DNA of 64,000 nucleotides from Vicinamibacterales bacterium (GTDB lineage: Bacteria > Acidobacteriota > Vicinamibacteria > Vicinamibacterales > JAMQPK01). A program made the position numbers and the translations under genes. This document shows positions 28,640 through 39,541 of the stretch, one piece after another. Each line of letters begins with the position of its first letter. Positions within the stretch are counted from its first letter, which is position 1. The notes beneath the pieces are model-generated. The model ran no database searches. It was given only the letters and a program-made list of their open reading frames with translations, and was not told the origin of the DNA. The stretch lies in NCBI GenBank assembly GCA_963732445.1, contig CAVSZJ010000003.1:1143639-1207638 (forward strand). Direction: 5' to 3'.

Positions 28640-29758
28640 TTAGAGAGCGGGTGGCGGCATGTTGCTGAGTCGCCGCAATGCTTCCCGCGACGCTTGCTCC
28701 TTGCTCTCGGCGTGCCTTAACCCCTGCATGTCGGCCTTGTGCAATGCCACGGCTCGCAGTCGCCAGCTGTCATGGCGCAGTTTCAGAAACGCCTCGGCCG
28801 AGGCGATCAGGGGCCGATGCTTCGGGGGCACCTCCTGCAGTGCCCGCAGCCGCCCGGCCACGGCATCGAGGTCCGGTACGATCGTTTTCTCAATCACACC
28901 GGCCAGCGCCGCCACGGAGATCCGTCCTCGCCGAAAACGGTCGACCTCCTTGTCATAGAGAACAGCCGTTCGGACCTCAACGGAGATGACGCGGTCGATT
29001 TCCTGGCGGACGTCGAAGGTCTCGTTCAACGGCCGGGGCACGATAATCAGCGCGCAGAGAAGGACGACCGCCACCACGGTCGCCATGGCAGTTGCAAGGC
29101 GACGGATTTGCGGTGTTCCCTCGTCGAGATCACGGGCAACCACAATTCCACCGACGAGGCCGCAGGCGAGAGCCGCAAGCTCCGGACCATTCCAAATTCC
29201 CGTCGTCGTGAGCTTGTACAGAACGAAGACGAAGGCAACCGGCGCGAGACGTTTCGCGACGTCCAGTGGAATCATGAGACTCGAGCGCTGGATCATGCTC
29301 CAGATCGATGTGACGAGCAGCAGGCCATACAGGCCAAGGACCGATGCCGACGGCCCGGCGCTCATGCCACCGGGTGATACGGCGAGAGTGACGATGGCGG
29401 CGGCGATACCAGACGCGATGTAGATCGTGGCGAACGCCAGGCGCCCCACGAGGCGCTCCAGAATCAAACCGATCTGCCACAGGCATACGGCGCTGACGAA
29501 CAGATCAAGTACCGGCGAGCGGATGAAGATGATCGTGCTCAGCACGATGAGTAACGGTGTCGCGATGACCCGCGCAATGGCTCGCGCACGAAGGGCGTCG
29601 AGGAACGGGGAAGCTTGCAGCCCTTCCAGGGTCACGGCCTCTTTGGCGGCGCGAAGGGCTGCCACGATGACTCGGAGAAGCCGGGTCCGCTCGGGGGGCG
29701 TCATGAGATACAAGACGACACCGGAGAGCACCAGGATGAGCGACAAGAAGTGAGTCAT
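28640..29758 (-). CDS. rhomboid-like membrane protein with C-terminal soluble helical domain
   Basis: Rhomboid core pattern (RLVGRLAFATIYIASGIAAAIV...GPSASVLGLYGLLL). The helix expected to carry the catalytic His reads LAALACGLVGG with no His, so it may be an inactive homologue. Confidence 0.5.
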   Translation of the reverse strand: MTHFLSLILVLSGVVLYLMTPPERTRLLRVIVAALRAAKEAVTLEGLQASPFLDALRARAIARVIATPLLIVLSTIIFIRSPVLDLFVSAVCLWQIGLILERLVGRLAFATIYIASGIAAAIVTLAVSPGGMSAGPSASVLGLYGLLLVTSIWSMIQRSSLMIPLDVAKRLAPVAFVFVLYKLTTTGIWNGPELAALACGLVGGIVVARDLDEGTPQIRRLATAMATVVAVVLLCALIIVPRPLNETFDVRQEIDRVISVEVRTAVLYDKEVDRFRRGRISVAALAGVIEKTIVPDLDAVAGRLRALQEVPPKHRPLIASAEAFLKLRHDSWRLRAVALHKADMQGLRHAESKEQASREALRRLSNMPPPAL

Positions 29759-29917
29759 AGCCGTCGCGACTCAAGACCTGTGCCTTTGGTTCACGGCGAG
29801 ATTCGCAGGTGATTCCGAGTCGCGCCCGGTCCCAGCGATACCTGCGATTGCAAGACTCGACGCAATCGACGAGGTTTGTAATCGCCACCCGATCTATGAT
29901 GCGGAACACAGGATCTG

Positions 29918-30915
29918 ATGACGACGTTCCTCCTCCGCAGGTTTGCCTATACGGTATTGCTCGTCATCATCGCCACATCGGTCGCCTACGTGCTGGCAGC
30001 GACGCAGCTCAACCCGCGGTCGCGCTACGAAGGACGCAACCCTCCTCCGCCGCCGGAGGTGGTCGACGCTGTCCTCGACGCGCTGAACATGAACGACAGG
30101 ACGCCGCTCGTGGATCGCTTTGGCCGCTGGGCGGGAGGCGTCGTCCGCGGCGACCTCGGGCGGACCGTCGACAACACGTCGGTCAACGAGGAGATCGGCC
30201 GCCGCATGTGGGTGAGCCTGCGGCTGGTGCTGATCGGCGCGTTCGTCGGCACCAGTCTCGGCGTCGCCGCCGGCGCCTACAGCGCCGTCAAGCAGCATCG
30301 TCCCGTCGGACCACTTCGTGACGGTCTTCTCATTCGTCATCCTCTCGACCCCGGTCGTGGTCCTCGCGGTCCTGTTCAAGAACGCCGGCATCGCGCTGAA
30401 CGACGCGCTCGGCTTCACCGGCGATACCAAGCTGCTCTACACGACCGGTGAAATCACGCCGGGCCTCGAGTTCTGGTCGTGGGACGGGCTCGTCGACCGC
30501 GCCGCCCACCTCGTCCTGCCGTCGCTCGTCCTCATTACGATCGCGGTCGCGTTCTACGGGCGCTATCAGCGCAACGCCATGCTCGACGTGCTCGGCAGCG
30601 ACTTCCTGCGCACCGCGCGGGCCAAGGGACTGCGGCGATCGCGTGCGCTCGTCAAGCACGGGCTTCGCACGGCGCTCATCCCGATGGCGACGTTCTTCGC
30701 GTACCAGTTCGCGCTGCTGTTCGTCGGCGCCACGTTCACCGAGCAGATCTTCGGCTGGCACGGCATGGGCGAATTCTTCGTCGACTCGATCACCAAGAAC
30801 GACGTGAACTCGGTGGCCGCCGTCACGCTCTTCGTCGCCGTGCTCGTGCTCATCGCCGGCTTCCTGTCCGATGTCGCCTACGCGGCTGCTCGATCCACGC
30901 GTGCGCACCTGACGT
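29918..30915 (+). pseudogene. ABC peptide/nickel-type transporter permease (DppB/OppB-like), frame changes near 30305 and 30885
   Basis: N-terminal MTTFLLRRFAYTVLLVIIATSVAYVL. EAA-loop region DFLRTARAKGLRRSRALVKHGLRTALIPM. The C-terminus reads AYAA | LDPRVRT only after a shift. Confidence 0.8.
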
Positions 30916-30916
30916 G

Positions 30917-31849
30917 ATGTCCTCACTGCCGGAGCCCGAGAGAGCGCATCGGCAATCGTCCAGCCGCCGGCCGTTGTCGAGCCTGCATCGGCGGACGAAG
31001 CGACGTCACGGTGGACGCTCGTGCGCCGCCGCATGTTCCGCACCCGGCGTGCGGTGGTCGGCCTCGTGCTGGTCCTGCTTGCTGTTCGCGCTCGCCTACC
31101 TGAGCCCGTACTTCGTCATCTGGCAGTACAACGAGCTCGACACCAGGCGTTCCTGTCGCCGCCCGTCGGCCGACCACTGGTTCGGCACCACGCAGAACGG
31201 CTTCGACATGTTCGCGCTGACGATGAGGGGGATGCAGAAGTCGCTGATCATCGGGCTGCTCGGCGCGCTGATTTCGACGTCGCTGGCGGCGGTGGTCGGG
31301 TCGTTCGCCGGTTACTTCGGCGGCAGGCTCAACACCGTGCTGCTGGTGCTGGTCGACCTGCTGCTGGTGCTGCCGGCGATTTCTCATCATCGCGATCCTG
31401 TCACCGGCGTTCCGCGGTCGCACGTGGCTGGTCTTCGTCGTGCTGCTCTCGGTCTTTCACTGGATGGTGACCGCGCGCATCGTGCGCGGGATGACGCTGT
31501 CGCTGAAGGAGCGCGAGTTCGTGCAGGCAGCCCGCTTCATGGGCGTGCCGGGATGGCGCATCATCTTCCGCCACATTCTGCCGAACATGTCGTCGCTGCT
31601 CATCATCGACGCCACCGTCAACGTGAGCGCACTGATTCTCGCGGAAGTCGGGCTGTCGTTCTTCGGCTTCGGCGTGCAGCCTCCCGACGTGTCGCTCGGT
31701 ACGCTGATCGGCAACAACGCGAACGCCGCTCTCACGTATCCGTGGCAGTTCTACTTTCCCGCCGCATCGCTCGTCGTCCTGGTGCTGTCGATCAATCTGG
31801 TCGGCGACGCCCTCGCGAGCGTGATCCGCACGCCTCGACCGGACGCAAT
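30917..31849 (+). pseudogene. ABC peptide/nickel-type transporter permease (DppC/OppC-like), several frame changes
   Basis: Pieces in three frames: AVVGLVLVLL, ADHWFGTTQNGFDMFALTMRGMQKSLIIGLLGA, and VFHWMVTARIVRGMTLSLKEREFVQAARFMGVPGWRIIFRHILPN. The end is approximate. Confidence 0.75.
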
Positions 31850-33925
31850 GCCGCCGCTCCACTTCTTGACGTCGAAGACCTCTCGGTCACGTTTCGAAGC
31901 GAGGCCGGCGACGTCGCCGCGGTGCGCGGCATCTCGTATCAGGTACGGGCGGGCGAAGTGCTGGGCATTGTCGGGGAGTCGGGGTCGGGCAAGTCGGTCT
32001 CGTCGCTGGCGGTTATGGGTCTGCTGCCGGCGAATGCGCGCGTGACGGGAGCGGTTCGCTTTCGCGAGCGCGACCTGGTGGGGTTGAGCGATCGCGAGCT
32101 GTCGGAGATTCGGGGCCGGCGCATCTCGATGATTTTCCAGGATCCGCTGTCGGCGCTGACGCCCGTCTACACCGTCGGCGACCAGATCGCCGAGGCCGTT
32201 CTGGCTCACAACGACGTGACGCGGCAGGCGGCGCATGCGCGGGCCGTCGAGCTGCTGACGCTCGTCGGCATTCCGAACGCCGGGCGGCGGGCGTCGGCGT
32301 TTCCGCACGAGTTTTCGGGCGGCATGCGGCAGCGCGTGATGATTGCGATGGCGATGGCCAACCAGCCCGACGTGATCATCGCCGACGAACCGACGACCGC
32401 GCTCGACGTCACCATCCAGGCGCAGATTCTCGACGTGCTCAGGACGGCCAAAGAGGCGACCGGCGCGGCGGTCGTGCTGATCACGCACGACCTCGGTGTC
32501 GTCGCCGGATTCGCCGACCGTGTGGCGGTGATGTACGCAGGGCGCATCGTCGAAATCGGCGATGTCGACGACGTGTTCTACCGGCCGCGGATGCCGTACA
32601 CACTGGGATTGCTGGGATCGATTCCGCGGCTCGACCTCGGACGCAGGCAGCGTCTCACGCCAATCGATGGCAACCCCCCCTCGCTCGTTCACCTGCCCTC
32701 GGGATGCCCGTTTTGGCCGCGGTGCCCGCTGCGCATCGAGAAGTGTCAGCAGCTGGAGCCCGCGCTGCTGCCGATCCAGGGACACGACCCGTCGCATCTC
32801 GCGGCGTGCCACCGCAGCGATGAAATCGAACAGCGGAAGATGACGAGCGCCGACATTTTTCCTGCGCAGTCGCAGCCGGCGGAGGCCGACGCGGCGTCGC
32901 GGGATACGCGCACGACGATGCTCGCTGTCCGGGACCTCGTCAAACATTTCCCGCTGCTGAAGAAGGGGATGATGCGGCGGCGCATCGGCACGGTGCACGC
33001 GGTCGACGGCATCAGCTTCGACATCCGCGAGCGCGAGACGCTGGGGCTGGTCGGCGAGTCGGGCTGCGGCAAGACGACGGCCATCATGGAGATTCTGAAC
33101 CTCGTCAAGCCGCAAGCCGGGACCATCGTCGTGCTCGGACACGACACCGTCGCGCTCACGCCGAGTGAGCGGTTTGCGATCCGCCGCGACCTGCAGGTGG
33201 TATTTCAGGATCCGCTCGCGTCGCTCGATCCGCGCCTGCCGATTGGCGACATCCTGGCCGAGCCGCTCGAGACGCACGGCGTGGCGCCGGCCGACCGTGC
33301 TCGCCGCGTCCGCGAGCTGCTGACGCTTGTCGGCTTGCAGCCGGAGCACGCCAACAGATATCCGCAGGCGTTTTCCGGAGGACAACGACAGCGCATCGGC
33401 ATCGCGCGCGCGCTCGCGCTCGAGCCGAAGGTGGTCGTGCTCGACGAGCCCGTATCGGCGCTCGACGTCTCCATTCGCGCCGGTATCATCAACCTGCTGG
33501 AGGAGCTGCAGGCGTCGCTTGGTTTGTCCTACCTGTTCGTGGCCCACGATCTCTCGGTGATACGACATATCGCAGACCGGGTGGCGGTGATGTATTTGGG
33601 GCGGTTCGCCGAAATCGGCGGAGTCGACGAGGTCTTCGAACGGCCGGCGCATCCGTATACGCAGGCGCTGCTCTCGGCCATTCCGCTGCCCGATCCGCGC
33701 AAAGAGCGCCAGCGGCGGCGGATCGTCCTGGAGGGGGACCTTCCCAATCCGGCCGATCCGCCGTCAGGGTGCCGGTTCCGCACGCGCTGCCAGAAATTTG
33801 CCCACGAGCTGACGGACGAGGAGCGCGCGCTCTGCCTCGAGCAGCATCCGCCGCTTCTGCCGCGCACCGGCGGTTCGGACCATCTCGACGCGTGCCACTA
33901 CGCCAGCGCCGAGGCAATGCTATAA
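31850..33925 (+). CDS. fused double ABC ATPase (DppD/OppD + DppF/OppF in one polypeptide)
   Basis: Two Walker A motifs (GESGSGKS, GESGCGKT), two signatures (FSGGMRQR, FSGGQRQR) and two Walker B motifs (IIADEPTTALD, VVLDEPVSALD). Both oligopeptide C-terminal Cys motifs are present. No start codon is visible at the junction with the permease, so the start is approximate. Confidence 0.85.
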   Translation, partial: AAAPLLDVEDLSVTFRSEAGDVAAVRGISYQVRAGEVLGIVGESGSGKSVSSLAVMGLLPANARVTGAVRFRERDLVGLSDRELSEIRGRRISMIFQDPLSALTPVYTVGDQIAEAVLAHNDVTRQAAHARAVELLTLVGIPNAGRRASAFPHEFSGGMRQRVMIAMAMANQPDVIIADEPTTALDVTIQAQILDVLRTAKEATGAAVVLITHDLGVVAGFADRVAVMYAGRIVEIGDVDDVFYRPRMPYTLGLLGSIPRLDLGRRQRLTPIDGNPPSLVHLPSGCPFWPRCPLRIEKCQQLEPALLPIQGHDPSHLAACHRSDEIEQRKMTSADIFPAQSQPAEADAASRDTRTTMLAVRDLVKHFPLLKKGMMRRRIGTVHAVDGISFDIRERETLGLVGESGCGKTTAIMEILNLVKPQAGTIVVLGHDTVALTPSERFAIRRDLQVVFQDPLASLDPRLPIGDILAEPLETHGVAPADRARRVRELLTLVGLQPEHANRYPQAFSGGQRQRIGIARALALEPKVVVLDEPVSALDVSIRAGIINLLEELQASLGLSYLFVAHDLSVIRHIADRVAVMYLGRFAEIGGVDEVFERPAHPYTQALLSAIPLPDPRKERQRRRIVLEGDLPNPADPPSGCRFRTRCQKFAHELTDEERALCLEQHPPLLPRTGGSDHLDACHYASAEAML

Positions 33926-33941
33926 AGAGGAGAGAGGGCTT

Positions 33942-35660
33942 ATGAACTGCTGGCGCATCTCGTCTCGATTCATCGCCGCGTTGATACTCACGGTCGGCCC
34001 GCTTGCGTGCGGAGGGGCGCGAAACGACGCCACATCCGGCGGAGGAGAGGGTGGGGAAGCGCCGCCGTCGGCGACCCAGAACAACATCAACGCGATGCCG
34101 CGCGATCGGGTGCAGGATGGCGGCAGGCTGACCTGGCCCATCGAATCGATGCCGGTTCATTACAACTACAGTCATCTCGACGGCACAGAGGCCGACCACA
34201 GTTATTCGAAGTTGTCGTTGCTGCCGCGGATCTTTCTCGCGGATGCCGGCGCGACGCCGTTCTGGAATCCTGACTACCTGGCATCCGAGCCCGTCCTGGT
34301 GACCGAGCCGAAACAGGTCATCACCTACAACATCAACCCGAAAGCCATCTGGTACGACGGCACGCCGATTACGTGGGAAGACTTTCACTGGCACTGGCGG
34401 GCCCTCAACGGCTCGAACAAGGCCTATCAGATTTCCTCTTCAACCGGCTACGAAGACATCGAGAGCATCGTGCGCGGTCGCGACGACCGGGAAGTCGTGG
34501 TGACCTTCAAGAACAAAGTGGCGGACTGGCAGGGGATGTTCTATGGATTGCTTCCCGCCTCGACCACCAAGTCGGCGAAGATCTTCAACGAGGAATGGAG
34601 AAAGGGACCGCTGACGACGGCCGGGCCGTTCAAGCTCGGGAGCATCGACCAGACGGCAAAGACAGTGACGCTCGTGCGCAACGAAAAATGGTGGGGCAAG
34701 CCGGCAAAGCTCGACGCCATCGTTTTTCGCACCATTGACACCGATGCGCAGATCGACGCGCTCGCGAACGGCGAAATCGATCTGATGGACATAGGGCCCG
34801 ACGTCAACAAGTTTTCACGCGCAAAGGGCATTGCGGGGACGGATATCCGTGTGGCTGGAGGGCCGAATTTTCGTCATATCACGATCAACGGCACCGGCGA
34901 GATTCTGAAAGACGTCAAGGTCAGGCAGGCGCTGGCCATGGCGATCGATCGCGCCGCGATCGCGCGCGCCCTGCTCGGCCCGCTCGGGATCGAGCCCGCG
35001 ACGCTCGGCAATCACATCTTCATGCGCAACCAGACCGGCTACACGGACAACTCCGGTGACGTCGGCAAATACAACCCGACACGCGCGGCGCAATTACTGG
35101 ACGAGGCAGGCTGGACCCTCGACGGCAAGGTGCGAAGAAAAGGCGGCCGCACGCTGGAGATCACCTGCGTGATTCCGGCAGCCGTGACGGCCTCACGTCA
35201 GGAATCGGAGCTGATTCAGAACATGCTCGGTCAGGTCGGCGTGCGCTTGCTCATCAACACCGTCCCGAGCCAGGACTTCTTCGAGAAGTACATCAGACCG
35301 GGCCAGTACGACTTCACGGTGTTTGCCTGGTTGGGCACTCCGTATCCGATCGCCTCGGCGAAAGGGATGTACGCGAAGCCGACGATGGGACCAGGCGGAG
35401 TACTCGCCATCCAGCAGAACTACGCGCGCGTGGGAACGGATGAGATCGATCGTCTGCACGCCGAAGCCACCCAGGAGCTCGACCGCAAGCGAGCGATTGA
35501 GCTCGCCAATCAGGTCGATGCGCAGATCTGGCAGCTGGTGCATTCGCTGACGCTCTATCAGCGCCCGGAAATGTGGGTGACGAAGAGCGGAGTTGCCAAC
35601 CACGGCGCGTTCGGATTTGCCGAGATCGTCTACGAAGACATCGGCTGGGCGAAACGCTAG
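33942..35660 (+). CDS. ABC transporter substrate-binding protein, family 5 (peptide/nickel)
   Basis: Lipoprotein-like signal (LTVGPLAC). SBP_bac_5-like length and motifs (WYDGTPITWEDF, VVTFKNKVADW, IDALANGEIDLMD). Confidence 0.85.
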   Translation: MNCWRISSRFIAALILTVGPLACGGARNDATSGGGEGGEAPPSATQNNINAMPRDRVQDGGRLTWPIESMPVHYNYSHLDGTEADHSYSKLSLLPRIFLADAGATPFWNPDYLASEPVLVTEPKQVITYNINPKAIWYDGTPITWEDFHWHWRALNGSNKAYQISSSTGYEDIESIVRGRDDREVVVTFKNKVADWQGMFYGLLPASTTKSAKIFNEEWRKGPLTTAGPFKLGSIDQTAKTVTLVRNEKWWGKPAKLDAIVFRTIDTDAQIDALANGEIDLMDIGPDVNKFSRAKGIAGTDIRVAGGPNFRHITINGTGEILKDVKVRQALAMAIDRAAIARALLGPLGIEPATLGNHIFMRNQTGYTDNSGDVGKYNPTRAAQLLDEAGWTLDGKVRRKGGRTLEITCVIPAAVTASRQESELIQNMLGQVGVRLLINTVPSQDFFEKYIRPGQYDFTVFAWLGTPYPIASAKGMYAKPTMGPGGVLAIQQNYARVGTDEIDRLHAEATQELDRKRAIELANQVDAQIWQLVHSLTLYQRPEMWVTKSGVANHGAFGFAEIVYEDIGWAKR

Positions 35661-35895
35661 AGCGGTTCTTACATGTACGTAGTATCCGCCTTCTACGGGC
35701 AACGAGGCGCGACGGGTCCTGTCACCGATTTTCCTTCGTCCGTCCTCGGACCGACACGCACGTGTACGTGGGACGGCCCTGCGGGGCGGACAAAGAAAAA
35801 TCGGCGCCACCCGTCGCAACCCCGCTGCCCAATTCTCGACCGAGAGCAGACGTCGGCGCGTTAGCGGTGCGGACGTCCGCAGCCCGGATGATCAA

Positions 35896-35913
35896 GTCCG
35901 GCTGAAGCCGGAC
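35896..35913. repeat. hairpin GTCCGGC-TGAA-GCCGGAC, degenerate relative of the REP-like family
   Basis: Shares the GGCTGAAGCC core with the reverse complement of the 4167 element. Confidence 0.4.
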
Positions 35914-35965
35914 ACTACGTACTACAGGGAAGTGAAAACGTGCACGCGATCGTGCGGAGGTGAGA

Positions 35966-36634
35966 GTGGCAAAGAAGAAGACGCAGAAGAAAACGGGAAA
36001 GCCAACGCCGAAAAAGAAAAAAACCACCAGGACCGCACGGAAGAAGACCGCCGCGCGTTCGGTTGCCGCTCGCAGGCGTCGCGAACGGAAGCCACCTCCC
36101 AAACCCTCGACACTATCCACTTCAGCGACACTGCTGCGAGGCGTTGTTGCGGGCGCGGTCGCAACTGCGACCAGCAAAGTGGCTCCAGGTGCGGCAAAGC
36201 CCGATGCGATCGAGATGCTCGAGCGCGAGCATCGTCGCTTCGAACAGCTCCTGAAAGAGGGGGAAGAAACCACCGAGCGGGCGCGCAAGACGCGCCGCGA
36301 GCTGCTTGCGACCCTCACCGCCGAGCTGAATGCTCACGAACTGATGGAAGAGAAGGTTTTGTATCCCGCCTTGCAAGGCCATTCGCAGGCGCACGAGATC
36401 GTCCTGGAGGGCTACGAGGAGCACCATGTCGCCGATCTGATCGTCAAGGAGCTCAGCGAGGTGGCCACGAACGATGAGGTGTGGGGCGCGAAGTTCAAGG
36501 TGCTGAAGGAGAGCATCGAGCACCACATCAAGGAGGAGGAACGAATCATGTTCCGCCTCGCGCGAGGCATTTTTTCCCGCGAGGAGCTGCGGGCGCTCGC
36601 CGCTCGGATGCTGAAAGTCCGAGGCGCCGCGTAG
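35966..36634 (+). CDS. hemerythrin (HHE cation-binding) domain protein with lysine/arginine-rich N-terminal tail
   Basis: GGAGG at 35956-35960 favours the GTG at 35966. The tail reads AKKKTQKKTGKPTPKKKKTTRTARKKTAARSVAARRRRERK. His/Glu ligand motifs are EREHRRFE, HELMEEKVLYP, EEHHVADL and IEHHIKEEE. Confidence 0.75.
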   Translation: MAKKKTQKKTGKPTPKKKKTTRTARKKTAARSVAARRRRERKPPPKPSTLSTSATLLRGVVAGAVATATSKVAPGAAKPDAIEMLEREHRRFEQLLKEGEETTERARKTRRELLATLTAELNAHELMEEKVLYPALQGHSQAHEIVLEGYEEHHVADLIVKELSEVATNDEVWGAKFKVLKESIEHHIKEEERIMFRLARGIFSREELRALAARMLKVRGAA

Positions 36635-36635
36635 G

Positions 36636-37346
36636 TTGATGAGCTGGGAGGCAGCGCCGCGTCCGGTGGGGAAGAGCCGCTGGCGCCTGCCGCCTCCGTC
36701 GACGTGGCCTGATAGCGACCTCCTGGCCGTGGGCGCCGATCTCGACCCCGCCACCGTGATCGACGCGTATCGGCGCGGCCTGTTCCCGATGGGCGCCGAT
36801 GAGCTGGACGACCGGCTCGGCTGGTGGTCGCCCGATCCGCGGGGCATTCTGCCGCTCGACGGTCTGCGCGTGACGCGATCGATGCGGCAGAGCGCGAAGC
36901 GCTTCGAGATTCGAGTCGATACGTGCTTCACGCGCGTGATACGCGCCTGCGCCAATCCGTCGCGTGGGGGCAGTTGGATTACTGAGGAGTTCATCAAGGG
37001 TTATACGCTGCTGCACGAGCTGGGCTGGGCCCACAGCATCGAGGTGTTCGACCGCGGCAGCGAGCTCGTCGGTGGCTTGTACGGCATTCGGATCGGCGGG
37101 TGTTTTTCGGGAGAATCGATGTTTCACATCGCTCGCGACGCATCGAAGGTGGCGTTGATGGCGTTGGTGGATCTCATGCGGTCGAGCAAGATGAGCCTGC
37201 TCGACGTGCAGTGGCGCAATGAGCATCTGGCGTCGCTCGGCGCGATCGCCATTCCACGAAGCGCGTATCTCGGGCGTCTTGCCGCTGCGTTGCGGGAACC
37301 CCGCGTCATCGGCGAGGATCGCGCTCCAAGCGGTACTCCGCGATGA
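36636..37346 (+). CDS. aat: leucyl/phenylalanyl-tRNA--protein transferase
   Basis: AYRRGLFPM, WWSPDPRGIL, GSWITEEFIKGY, HSIEVF and LVGGLYGIRIGGCFSGESMF are characteristic of Aat. Confidence 0.85.
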   Translation: MMSWEAAPRPVGKSRWRLPPPSTWPDSDLLAVGADLDPATVIDAYRRGLFPMGADELDDRLGWWSPDPRGILPLDGLRVTRSMRQSAKRFEIRVDTCFTRVIRACANPSRGGSWITEEFIKGYTLLHELGWAHSIEVFDRGSELVGGLYGIRIGGCFSGESMFHIARDASKVALMALVDLMRSSKMSLLDVQWRNEHLASLGAIAIPRSAYLGRLAAALREPRVIGEDRAPSGTPR

Positions 37347-38430
37347 TCTTCGAGTAGTCCGCGTCGGTGGTGCCGTCAGCGCTCAACGCTCCCATAACCC
37401 GGCGGGCCAGCTGGCGCTCCGATGAATCGACAGGATTTTTCGCCTGAGCCGATAACGTGCGCCACACCTCGCGAAGGTGGGCGAGCGCAGTCAGCCGATC
37501 GCCGGACGAGAGCTGAATCGTCATGGATGCGACGTCGCGGAGCAGGTTCTCCTCGCGCCGGTCGTCCTCGCGTTCCGCGTCCATGGCGGCGCGGATCGCC
37601 TTGTCGCGTTCGAGTGTGGCGGCTCGCTGCGCGAGGGACGACACGTCTTTCAATCCTTGAAAATCTTCCACGATTGCCCGCAGCGCGCGGAGCGTGTCTT
37701 TGTGGGCAGACGCTCCGATTGCAGCTATTCGCGACGCAAACATGCGTTCGATGGCGGCGTCGTCTCGAGGCGCAAGGCCCGTCCTCATCGCATGAAGCTC
37801 CATCCATTCAACGGCCTGCAGCGCAAGGCCGCTCGACAGCCACACATGCCCTCCGCTGAACACCACAAGGCGATGGGGGGTTGTGAGCGCGCGATCGAGA
37901 CGCCGCATTTCAAGGTGGTTGAAATCGTCGGTCCCGGCCGTCGCGAAGATCGGGAACGGTAATTCCTTGCGGACACGGCTGTCGGGATAACCGGCGCTCG
38001 ACGCGATGACGCCCGCGATATCCTTCGACGCGAGCGCGATGCCGAGCGCCACTCGAGCACCACCCGACATGCCCGCCAGGTACACCCGCTTCGGATTGAT
38101 GGCGAGGCGCGTGGCAACGTCATTCGTCATCGCCGCGAGGATTCTGGGAATCTCCGTGGATCCATTGCGCGAGTTGTTCGACCCGACGACGATGTAGCCG
38201 TATCGTTCGGCCGCCGCTTGATACCGTTCCACTGGTACGCGCCCGCGCCCGCCGGGATCGAACGCGAAGATCACCGGCCACTGACGGGTTGGCGTGTAAT
38301 CTGCGGGCACGAACAGCGCGTAGCTCTGAGACGGGTCGGCCGTGCAGGTGACCGGGTCGCTGATCTGCCCGGAGGTCAGATCCGCGCCGAGCGCCGTCAC
38401 TCCGGCGAGAAGCCACATCAGCGGGAGCAT
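37306..38430 (-). CDS. alpha/beta hydrolase (esterase/PHB-depolymerase-like) with C-terminal helical domain
   Basis: Signal peptide. PVIFAFDPGG and nucleophile elbow YLAGMSGGA. The 3' end overlaps the aat 3' end by 41 nt (convergent). Confidence 0.6.
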   Translation of the reverse strand: MLPLMWLLAGVTALGADLTSGQISDPVTCTADPSQSYALFVPADYTPTRQWPVIFAFDPGGRGRVPVERYQAAAERYGYIVVGSNNSRNGSTEIPRILAAMTNDVATRLAINPKRVYLAGMSGGARVALGIALASKDIAGVIASSAGYPDSRVRKELPFPIFATAGTDDFNHLEMRRLDRALTTPHRLVVFSGGHVWLSSGLALQAVEWMELHAMRTGLAPRDDAAIERMFASRIAAIGASAHKDTLRALRAIVEDFQGLKDVSSLAQRAATLERDKAIRAAMDAEREDDRREENLLRDVASMTIQLSSGDRLTALAHLREVWRTLSAQAKNPVDSSERQLARRVMGALSADGTTDADYSKIIAEYRLERDPRR

Positions 38431-38465
38431 CGCGCCCAGTATAGTGCGGTAGCATTCGACGGAAG

Positions 38466-39467
<1,002 letters not shown>

Positions 39468-39541
39468 TGTGCACCGGGATGTTCGGTTCAGCTCCACGAT
39501 GCGTTTAAGCAGTCACGGAGATCGGTCAGAGTGAGGCGAAC

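Noticed and set aside
29918-31849. Programmed ribosomal frameshifting as the explanation for the frame changes (also considered for S8/MBL and the TBDR)
   Set aside because: No slippery heptamer plus downstream structure was seen at the junctions. The switches go in both directions and occur many times per gene, which fits indels rather than a recoding signal.
31751-33652. 633-aa ORF on the minus strand
   Set aside because: Antisense shadow ORF of the ABC ATPase gene, with no recognisable motifs.
30479-33925. 1148-aa ORF that looks like a giant protein
   Set aside because: Its first 450 or so residues are Arg/Ala/Pro-rich out-of-frame read-through of the two permease genes, whose real frames carry clear DppB/DppC motifs. 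Only the part from about 31850 onward (the double ABC ATPase) is genuine.
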